DNA of 64,000 nt from contig OZ024740.1 in assembly GCA_964016885.1 (NCBI GenBank), forward strand, positions 59,830,001 through 59,894,000, given 5' to 3'. The notes beneath the pieces are model-generated. The model was not told the DNA's origin and searched no databases. It saw only the letters and a program-made list of their open reading frames with translations. This DNA is from Eledone cirrhosa (lineage: Eukaryota). Each line of letters begins with the position of its first letter. Position 1 is the stretch's first letter. The position numbers were made by a program, and so were the translations under genes. This document shows, in pieces, positions 53,101-64,000 of this stretch.

Positions 53101-56100
53101 TACAAGACCACTTTACAGTGTGGGCTGGGTTCTTTTAGTTGTGGCATCTGCATGACCACTTTACGGTGTGGGCTGGGTCCTTTTAGTTGTGACTCCTACA
53201 AGACCACTTTACAGTGTGGGCTGGGTTCTTTTAGTTGTGACATCTGCATGACCACTTTACAGTGTGGGTTGGGTGCTTTTAGTTGTGACTCCTACAAGAC
53301 CACTTTACAGTGTGGGCTGGGTTCTTTTAGTTGTGACATCTGCATGACCACTTTACAGTGTGAGCTGGATGCTTGTGGCTCCTACAAGAACACTTTACAG
53401 TGTGGGTTGGGTGCTATTATTTGTGACACCTACATGACCACTTTACACTGTGGGTTGGGTGCTTTTAGATGTGACATCTACATGACCACTTTACAGTGTG
53501 AGCTGGATGCTTGTGGCTCCTACAAGAACACTTTACAGTGTGGGTTGAGTGCTTTTATTGTGACACCTACAAGACCACTTTACAGTGTGGGCTGGATGCT
53601 TTTATTTGTGACTCCTACAAGACCACTTTACAGTGTGGGCTTCTGTGCTTTTAGTTGTGACACCTACATGACCACTTTACGGTGTGGGTTGGGTACTTTT
53701 AGTTGTGACTCGTACAAGACCACTTTACAGTGTGGGCTGGATGCTTTTAGTTGTGACTCCTACAAGACCACTTTACAGTGTGGGTTGGGTGCATTTAGTT
53801 GTGACACATACATGACCACCTTACAGTGTGGGTTGGCTGCTTTTAGTTATGACTCCTACAAGACCACTTTACAGTGTGGGCTGGATGCTTTTAGTTGTGA
53901 CACCTACAAGACCACTTTACAGTGTGGGTTGGGTGCTTTTAGTTGTGACTCCTACAAGACCACATTACAGTGTGGGCTGGGTGCTTTTATTTGTGACACC
54001 TACAAGACCACTTTACAGTGTGGGCTGGGTGCTTTTAGTTGTGACACCTACATGACCACTTTACATTGTGGGTTGGGTGCTTTTATTTGTGACACTTACA
54101 TGACCACTTATCAGTGTGGCTTGGGTGCTTTTAGTTGTGACTCCTACAAGACCACTTTACAGTGTGGGCTGGGTACTTTTAGTTGTGACATCTGCATGAC
54201 CACTTTACAGTGTGGGCTGGGTCCTTTTAGTTGTGACATCTGCATGACCACTTTACAGTGTGGGTTGGGTACTTTTAGTTGTGACTCCTACAAGACCACT
54301 TTACAGTGTGGGCTGGGTTCTTTTAGTTGTGACATCTGCATGACCACTTTACAGTGTGGGCTGGGTGCTTTTAGTTGTGACACCTACATGAACACTTTAC
54401 AGTGTGGGTTGGGTGCTTTTATTTGTGACTCTTACAAGACCACTTTACAGTTTGGGTTGGATGCTTTTATTTGTGACACCTACATGACCACTTTACAGTG
54501 TGCGTTGGGTGCTTTTAGTTGTGACTCCTACAGGACCACTTTACGGTGTTCATTGGGTGCTTTTAGTTGTGACACCTGCATGACCACTTTACAGTGTGGG
54601 CTGGGTGCTTTTAGTTGTGACAGCTACATGACCACTTTACAGTGTGGGCTGGGTGCTTTTAGTTGTAAATCCTACAAGACCACTTTACGGTGTGCATTGG
54701 GTGCTTTTAGTTGTGACACCTGCATGACCACTTTACAGTGTGGGCTGGGTGCTTTTAGTTGTGACACCTACATGACCACTTTACAGTGTGGGCTGGGTGC
54801 TTTTAGTTGTGACTCCTACAAAACCACTTTACAGTGTGGGCTGGGTGCTTTTATTTGTGACACCTACAAGACCACTTTACAGTGTGGGCTGGGTGCTTTT
54901 AGTTGTGACACCTACATGACCACTTTACATTGTGGGTTGGGTGCTTTTATTTGTGACACTTACATGACCACTTATCAGTGTGGCTTGGGTGCTTTTAGTT
55001 GTGACTCCTACAAGACCACTTTACAGTGTGGGCTGGGTTCTTTTAGTTGTGACATCTGCATGACCAATTTATGGTGTGGGCTGGGTCCTTTTAGTTGTGA
55101 CTCCTACAAGACCACTTTACAGTGTGGGCTGGGTTCTTTTAGTTGTGACATCTGCATGACCACTTTACAGTGTGGGTTGGGTGCTTTTAGTTGTGACTCC
55201 TACAAGACCACTTTACAGTGTGGGCTGGGTTCTTTTAGTTGTGACATCTGCATGACCACTTTACAGTGTGAGCTGGATGCTTTAATTGTGACTCCTACAA
55301 GACCACTTTACAGTGTGGGTTGGGTGCTATTATTTGTGAAACCTACAAGACCACTTTACAGTGTGGGTTGGGTGCTTTTAGATGTGACATCTACATGACC
55401 ACTTTACAGTGTGGGTTGAGTGCTTTTATTGTGACACCTACAAGACCACTTTACAGTGTGGGCTGGATGCTTTTATTTGTGACTCCTACAAGACCACTTT
55501 ACAGTGTGGGCTGGGTGCTTTTAGTTGTGACACCTACATGACCACTTTACGGTGTGGGTTGGGTACTTTTAGTTGTGACTCGTACAAGACCACTTTACAG
55601 TGTGGGCTGGATGCTTTTAGTTGTGACTCCTACAAGACCACTTTACAGTGTGGGTTGGGTGCATTTAGTTGTGACACATACATGACCACCTTACAGTGTG
55701 GGTTGGCTGCTTTTAGTTATGACTCCTAGAAGACCACTTTACAGTGTGGGCTGGATGCTTTTAGTTGTGACACCTACAAGACCACTTTACAGTGTGGGTT
55801 GGGTGCTTTTAGTTGTGACTCCTACAAGACCACATTACAGTGTGGGCTGGATACTTTTATTTGTGACACCTACAAGACGACTTTACAGTGTGGGTTGGGT
55901 GCTTTTAGTTGTGACTCCTACAAGACCACTTTACAGTGTGGGTTGGGTGCTTTTATTTGTGACTCCTACAAGACCACTTTACAGTGTGGGTTGGGTGCTA
56001 TTATTTGTGAAACCTACAAGACCACTTTACAGTGTGGGCTGGATACTTTTATTTGTGACACCTACAAGACGACTTTACAGTGTGGGTTGGGTGCTTTTAG

Positions 56101-59100
56101 TTGTGACATCTACATGACCACTTTACAGTGTGGGTTGGGTGCTTTTATTGTGACACCTACAAGACCACTTTACAGTGTGGGCTGGATGCTTTTATTTGTG
56201 ACTCCTACAAGACCATTTTACAGTGTGGGCTGGGTGCTTTTAGTTGTGACACCTACATGAACACTTTACAGTGTGGGTTGGGTGCTTTTAGTTGTGACTC
56301 GTACAAGACCACTTTACAGTGTGGGCTGGATGCTTTTAGTTGTGACACATACATGACCACTTTACAGTGTGGGTTGGCTGCTTTTCGTTATGACTCCTAC
56401 AAGACCACTTTACAGTGTGGGCTGGATGCTTTTAGTTGTGACACCTGCAAGAACACTTTACAGTGTGGGCTGGATGCTTTTAGTTGTGACTCCTACAAGA
56501 CCACTTTACAATGTGGGTTGGGTGCTTTTAGTTGTGACTCATACAAAACCACCTTACAGTGTGGGCTGGGTGCTTTTATTTGTGACTCCTACAAGACCAC
56601 TTTACAGTGTGGGCTGGGTGCTTTTATTTGTGACTCCTACAAGACCACTGAACAGTGTGGGCTGGGTGCTTTTAGTTGTGACTCCTACAAGACCACTTTA
56701 CAGTGTGGGCTGGGTTCTTTTAGTTGTGACTACTACAAGACCACTTTACAGTGTGCGTTGGGTGCTTTTAGTTGTGACATCTGCATGACCACTTTACAGT
56801 GTGGGCTGGGTGCTTTTAGTTGTGACTCCTACAAGACCACTTTACAGTGTGGGCTGAGTGCTTTTAGTTGTGACTCCTACAAGACCACTTTACAGTGTGG
56901 GCTGGATACTTTTAGTTGTGACACCTACAAGACCACTTTACAGTGTGCGTTGGGTGCTTTTAGTTGTGACATCTACATGACCACTTTACAGTGTGGGTTG
57001 GGTGCTTTTATTGTGACACCTACAAGACCACTTTACAGTGTGGGCTGGGTGCTTTTAGTTGTGACTCCTACAAAACCACTTTACAGTGTGGGTTGGGTGC
57101 TTTTGTTTGTGACACCTAAATGACCACTTTACAGTGTGGGTTGGGTGCTTTTAGTTGTGTCTCCTACAAGACCACTTAACAGTGTGGGCTGGGTGCTTTT
57201 AATTGTGACTGCTACAAGACCACTTTACAGTGTGGGTTGGGTGCTTTTAGTTGTGACTCCTACAAGACGACTTTACAGTGTGGGTTGGGTGCATTTAGTT
57301 GTAACATCTACATGACCACTTTACAGTGTGGGTTGGGTGCTTTTATTGTGACACCTACAAGACCACTTTACAGTGTGGGCTGGATGCTTTTATTTGTGAC
57401 ACCTACAAGACCACTTTACAGTGTGGGTTGGGTGCTTTTATTTGTGACACCTACATGAACACTTTACAGTGTGGGTTGGGTGCTTTTATTTGTGACTCTT
57501 ACAAGACCACTTTACAGTTTGGGTTGGATGCTTTTATTTGTGACACCTACAAGACCACTTTACAGTGTGCGTTGGGTGCTTTTAGTTGTGACTCCTACAA
57601 GACCACTTTACGGTGTGCATTGGGTGCTTTTAGTTGTGACACCTGCATGACCACTTTACAGTGTGGGCTGGGTGCTTTTAGTTGTGACACCTACATGACT
57701 ACTTTACAGTGTGGGCTGGGTGCTTTTAGTTGTGACTCCTACAAAACCACTTTACAGTGTGGGTTGGGTGCTTTTATTTGTGACACCTAAATGACCACTT
57801 TACAGTGTGGGTTGGGTGCTTTTAGTTGTAACTCCTACAAGACCACTTTACAGTGTGGGCTGTGTGCTTTTAGTTGTGACTCCTATAAGACCACTTTACA
57901 GTTTGGGTTGGGTGCTTTTATTTGTGACACCTACATGACCACTTTACAGTGTCGGTTGGGTGCTTTTATTTGTGACTCCTACAAGACCACTTTACAGTTT
58001 GGGTTGGATGCTTTTATTTGTGACACCTCCAAGACCACTTTATAGTGTGGGTTGGGTGCTTTTATTTGTGACTCCTACAAGACCACTTTACAGTGTGGGC
58101 TGGGTGCTTTTATTTGTGACACCTACAAGACCACTTTACAGTGTGGGCTGGATACTTTTATTTGTGACACATACAAGATCACTTTACAGTGTGGTTTGGG
58201 TGCTTTTAGATGTGACATCTACATGACCACTTTACAGTGTGGGTTGGGTGCTTTTATTGTGACACCTACAAGACCACTTTACAGTGTGGGCTGGATGCTT
58301 TTAGTTGTGACAGCTACAAGACCACTTTACAGTGTGGTTTGGGTGCATTTAGTTGTGACACATACATGACCACTTTACAATGTGGGCTGGGTGCTTTTAT
58401 TTGTGACTCCTACAAGACCACTTTACAGTGTGGGCTGGGTGCTTTTATTTGTGACACCTACAAGACCACTTTACAGTGTGGGCTGGGTGCTTTTAGTTGT
58501 GACACCTACATGACCACTTTACATTGTGGGTTGGGTGCTTTTATTTGTGACACTTACATGACCACTTATCAGTGTGGCTTGGGTGCTTTTAGTTGTGACT
58601 CCTACAAGACCACTTTACAGTGTGGGCTGGGTTCTTTTAGTTGTGGCATCTGCATGACCACTTTACGGTGTGGGCTGGGTCCTTTTAGTTGTGACTCCTA
58701 CAAGACCACTTTACAGTGTGGGCTGGGTTCTTTTAGTTGTGACATCTGCATGACCACTTTACAGTGTGGGTTGGGTGCTTTTAGTTGTGACTCCTACAAG
58801 ACCACTTTACAGTGTGGGCTGGGTTCTTTTAGTTGTGACATCTGCATGACCACTTTACAGTGTGAGCTGGATGCTTGTGGCTCCTACAAGAACACTTTAC
58901 AGTGTGGGTTGGGTGCTATTATTTGTGAAACCTACAAGACCACTTTACACTGTGGGTTGGGTGCTTTTAGATGTGACATCTACATGACCACTTTACAGTG
59001 TGAGCTGGATGCTTGTGGCTCCTACAAGAACACTTTACAGTGTGGGTTGAGTGCTTTTATTGTGACACCTACAAGACCACTTTACAGTGTGGGCTGGATG

Positions 59101-62100
59101 CTTTTATTTGTGACTCCTACAAGACCACTTTACAGTGTGGGCTTCTGTGCTTTTAGTTGTGACACCTACATGACCACTTTACGGTGTGGGTTGGGTACTT
59201 TTAGTTGTGACTCGTACAAGACCACTTTACAGTGTGGGCTGGATGCTTTTAGTTGTGACTCCTACAAGACCACTTTACAGTGTGGGTTGGGTGCATTTAG
59301 TTGTGACACATACATGACCACCTTACAGTGTGGGTTGGCTGCTTTTAGTTATGACTCCTACAAGACCACTTTACAGTGTGGGCTGGATGCTTTTAGTTGT
59401 GACACCTACAAGACCACTTTACAGTGTGGGTTGGGTGCTTTTAGTTGTGACTCCTACAAGACCACATTACAGTGTGGGCTGGGTGCTTTTATTTGTGACA
59501 CCTACAAGACCACTTTACAGTGTGGGCTGGGTGCTTTTAGTTGTGACACCTACATGACCACTTTACATTGTGGGTTGGGTGCTTTTATTTGTGACACTTA
59601 CATGACCACTTATCAGTGTGGCTTGGGTGCTTTTAGTTGTGACTCCTACAAGACCACTTTACAGTGTGGGCTGGGTACTTTTAGTTGTGACATCTGCATG
59701 ACCACTTTACAGTGTGGGCTGGGTCCTTTTAGTTGTGACATCTGCATGACCACTTTACAGTGTGGGTTGGGTACTTTTAGTTGTGACTCCTACAAGACCA
59801 CTTTACAGTGTGGGCTGGGTTCTTTTAGTTGTGACATCTGCATGACCACTTTACAGTGTGGGCTGGGTGCTTTTAGTTGTGACACCTACATGAACACTTT
59901 ACAGTGTGGGTTGGGTGCTTTTAGTTGTGACTCGTACAAGACCACTTTACAGTGTGGGCTGGATGCTTTTAGTTGTGACTCCTACAAGACCACATTACAG
60001 TGTGGGTTGGGTGCATTTAGTTGTGACACATACATGACCACTTTACAGTGTGGGTTGGCTGCTTTTCGTTATGACTCCTACAAGAGCACTTTACAGTGTG
60101 GGCTGGATGCTTTTAGTTGTGACACCTGCAAGAACACTTTACAGTGTGGGTTGGATGCTTTTAGTTGTGACTCCTACAAGACCACTTTACAGTGTGGGTT
60201 GGGTGCTTTTAGTTGTGACTCATACAAGACCACTTTACAGTGTGGGCTGGGTGCTTTTCTTTGTGACTCCTACAAGACCACTGAACAGTGTGGGCTGGGT
60301 GCTTTTAGTTGTGACTCCTACAAGACCATTTTACAGTGTGGGCTGGGTTCTTTTAGTTGTGACTCCTACAAGACCACTTTACAGTGTGCGTTGGGTGCTT
60401 TTAGTTGTGACATCTGCATGACCACTTTACAGTGTGGGCTGGGTGCTTTTATTGTGACACCTACAAGACCACTTTACAGTGTGGGCTGGGTGCTTTTAGT
60501 TGTGACTCCTACAAGACGACTTTACAGTGTGGGTTGGGTGCTTTTAGTTGTAACATCTACATGACCACTTTACAGTGTGGGTTGGGTGCTTTTATTGTGA
60601 CACCTACAAGACCACTTTACAGTGTGGGCTGGATGCTTTTATTTGTGACACCTACAAGACCACTTTACAGTGTGGGTTGGGTGCTTTTATTTGTGACACC
60701 TACATGACCACTTTACAGTGTGGGTTGGGTGCTTTTATTTGTGACTCTTACAAGACCACTTTACAGTTTGGGTTGGATGCTTTTATTTGTGACACCTACA
60801 TGACCACTTTACAGTGTGCGTTGGGTGCTTTTAGTTGTGACTCCTACAGGACCACTTTACGGTGTTCATTGGGTGCTTTTAGTTGTGACACCTGCATGAC
60901 CACTTTACAGTGTGGGCTGGGTGCTTTTAGTTGTGACACCTACATGACCACTTTACAGTGTGGGCTGGGTGCTTTTAGTTGTAAATCCTACAAGACCACT
61001 TTACGGTGTGCATTGGGTGCTTTTAGTTGTGACACCTGCATGACCACTTTACAGTGTGGGCTGGGTGCTTTTAGTTGTGACACCTACATGACCACTTTAC
61101 AGTGTGGGCTGGGTGCTTTTAGTTGTGACTCCTACAAAACCACTTTACAGTGTGGGCTGGGTGCTTTTATTTGTGACACCTACAAGACCACTTTACAGTG
61201 TGGGCTGGGTGCTTTTAGTTGTGACACCTACATGACCACTTTACATTGTGGGTTGGGTGCTTTTATTTGTGACACTTACATGACCACTTATCAGTGTGGC
61301 TTGGGTGCTTTTAGTTGTGACTCCTACAAGACCACTTTACAGTGTGGGCTGGGTTCTTTTAGTTGTGACATCTGCATGACCACTTTATGGTGTGGGCTGG
61401 GTCCTTTTAGTTGTGACTCCTACAAGACCACTTTACAGTGTGGGCTGGGTTCTTTTAGTTGTGACATCTGCATGACCACTTTACAGTGTGGGTTGGGTGC
61501 TTTTAGTTGTGACTCCTACAAGACCACTTTACAGTGTGGGCTGGGTTCTTTTAGTTGTGACATCTGCATGACCACTTTACAGTGTGAGCTGGATGCTTTA
61601 ATTGTGACTCCTACAAGACCACTTTACAGTGTGGGTTGGGTGCTATTATTTGTGAAACCTACAAGACCACTTTACAGTGTGGGTTGGGTGCTTTTAGATG
61701 TGACATCTACATGACCACTTTACAGTGTGGGTTGAGTGCTTTTATTGTGACACCTACAAGACCACTTTACAGTGTGGGCTGGATGCTTTTATTTGTGACT
61801 CCTACAAGACCACTTTACAGTGTGGGCTGGGTGCTTTTAGTTGTGACACATACATGACCACTTTACGGTGTGGGTTGGGTACTTTTAGTTGTGACTCGTA
61901 CAAGACCACTTTACAGTGTGGGCTGGATGCTTTTAGTTGTGACTCCTACAAGACCACTTTACAGTGTGGGTTGGGTGCATTTAGTTGTGACACATACATG
62001 ACCACCTTACAGTGTGGGTTGGCTGCTTTTAGTTATGACTCCTAGAAGACCACTTTACAGTGTGGGCTGGATGCTTTTAGTTGTGACACCTACAAGACCA

Positions 62101-64000
62101 CTTTACAGTGTGGGTTGGGTGCTTTTAGTTGTGACTCCTACAAGACCACATTACAGTGTGGGCTGGATACTTTTATTTGTGACACCTACAAGACGACTTT
62201 ACAGTGTGGGTTGGGTGCTTTTAGTTGTGACTCCTACAAGACCACTTTACAGTGTGGGTTGGGTGCTTTTATTTGTGACTCCTACAAGACCACTTTACAG
62301 TGTGGGTTGGGTGCTATTATTTGTGAAACCTACAAGACCACTTTACAGTGTGGGCTGGATACTTTTATTTGTGACACCTACAAGACGACTTTACAGTGTG
62401 GGTTGGGTGCTTTTAGTTGTGACATCTACATGACCACTTTACAGTGTGGGTTGGGTGCTTTTATTGTGACACCTACAAGACCATTTTACAGTGTGGGCTG
62501 GGTGCTTTTAGTTGTGACACCTACATGAACACTTTACAGTGTGGGTTGGGTGCTTTTAGTTGTGACTCGTACAAGACCACTTTACAGTGTGGGCTGGATG
62601 CTTTTAGTTGTGACACATACATGACCACTTTACAGTGTGGGTTGGCTGCTTTTCGTTATGACTCCTACAAGACCACTTTACAGTGTGGGCTGGATGCTTT
62701 TAGTTGTGACACCTGCAAGAACACTTTACAGTGTGGGCTGGATGCTTTTAGTTGTGACTCCTACAAGACCACTTTACAATGTGGGTTGGGTGCTTTTAGT
62801 TGTGACTCATACAAAACCACCTTACAGTGTGGGCTGGGTGCTTTTATTTGTGACTCCTACAAGACCACTTTACAGTGTGGGCTGGGTGCTTTTATTTGTG
62901 ACTCCTACAAGACCACTGAACAGTGTGGGCTGGGTGCTTTTAGTTGTGACTCCTACAAGACCACTTTACAGTGTGGGCTGGGTTCTTTTAGTTGTGACTA
63001 CTACAAGACCACTTTACAGTGTGCGTTGGGTGCTTTTAGTTGTGACATCTGCATGACCACTTTACAGTGTGGGCTGGGTGCTTTTAGTTGTGACTCCTAC
63101 AAGACCACTTTACAGTGTGGGCTGAGTGCTTTTAGTTGTGACTCCTACAAGACCACTTTACAGTGTGGGCTGGATACTTTTAGTTGTGACACCTACAAGA
63201 CCACTTTACAGTGTGCGTTGGGTGCTTTTAGTTGTGACATCTACATGACCACTTTACAGTGTGGGTTGGGTGCTTTTATTGTGACACCTACAAGACCACT
63301 TTACAGTGTGGGCTGGGTGCTTTTAGTTGTGACTCCTACAAAACCACTTTACAGTGTGGGTTGGGTGCTTTTATTTGTGACACCTAAATGACCACTTTAC
63401 AGTGTGGGTTGGGTGCTTTTAGTTGTGTCTCCTACAAGACCACTTAACAGTGTGGGCTGGGTGCTTTTAATTGTGACTGCTACAAGACCACTTTACAGTG
63501 TGGGTTGGGTGCTTTTAGTTGTGACTCCTACAAGACGACTTTACAGTGTGGGTTGGGTGCATTTAGTTGTAACATCTACATGACCACTTTACAGTGTGGG
63601 TTGGGTGCTTTTATTGTGACACCTACAAGACCACTTTACAGTGTGGGCTGGATGCTTTTATTTGTGACACCTACAAGACCACTTTACAGTGTGGGTTGGG
63701 TGCTTTTATTTGTGACACCTACATGAACACTTTACAGTGTGGGTTGGGTGCTTTTATTTGTGACTCTTACAAGACCACTTTACAGTTTGGGTTGGATGCT
63801 TTTATTTGTGACACCTACAAGACCACTTTACAGTGTGCGTTGGGTGCTTTTAGTTGTGACTCCTACAAGACCACTTTACGGTGTGCATTGGGTGCTTTTA
63901 GTTGTGACACCTGCATGACCACTTTACAGTGTGGGCTGGGTGCTTTTAGTTGTGACACCTACATGACTACTTTACAGTGTGGGCTGGGTGCTTTTAGTTG
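17112..64000. repeat. 48-bp satellite DNA array (~47 kb, ~975 head-to-tail units, open at the window end)
   Basis: Consensus ACCACTTTACAGTGTGGGYTGGGTGCTTTTAKTTGTGACWCCTACAWG. Single orientation, no insertions seen; 42-, 46-, 47- and 49-bp length variants. Confidence 0.98.

Noticed and set aside
17123-63726. Long Cys-rich ORFs (CDSYKTTLQCGLGAFS)n and (VTPTRPLYSVGWVLLV)n, up to 887 aa
   Set aside because: The 48-bp unit is 16 codons and happens to be stop-free in two plus frames. Recurrent 47/49-bp units shift the frame, stop variants are copied within HORs, there is no unique N- or C-terminal sequence, and the unit derives from a retroposon.
17112-64000. CRISPR-like array
   Set aside because: No unique spacers: whole units are repeated with point variants. 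No cas genes, and the context is eukaryotic.
17112-64000. RSS heptamer-like TACAGTG, G-quadruplex or ribozyme within the monomer
   Set aside because: The heptamer lacks the essential CAC start and a nonamer. Only two G3 tracts per unit, separated from the next pair by ~40 nt. No hammerhead core on either strand.

Overview
AT-rich, repeat-dominated eukaryotic DNA. The microsatellite load and SINE/LINE types suggest an octopus/cephalopod genome (inference). No intact protein-coding gene is supported. Bases 1-17.1 kb are a patchwork of microsatellites, tRNA-derived SINEs, 5'-truncated RTE and CR1 LINE remnants, and hAT, piggyBac and pogo-type MITEs. They also hold a series of type-I hammerhead ribozyme motifs (CUGANGA...GAAA cores with paired stems) in Penelope-like pLTR remnants: five with well-paired stems, one weaker and two degenerate. 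One sits in each arm of a ~285-bp inverted repeat, and one has a branched 80-nt stem II. From 17112 to the window end is an uninterrupted ~47-kb array of a 48-bp satellite (~975 units) with nested multi-kb higher-order repeats. The array grows directly out of a (CAT)n-tailed dispersed retroposon, and a second copy of that element at 7.4-7.65 kb still carries ~1.4 diverged units of the monomer. The many long ORFs over the array are artefacts of a 16-codon unit.
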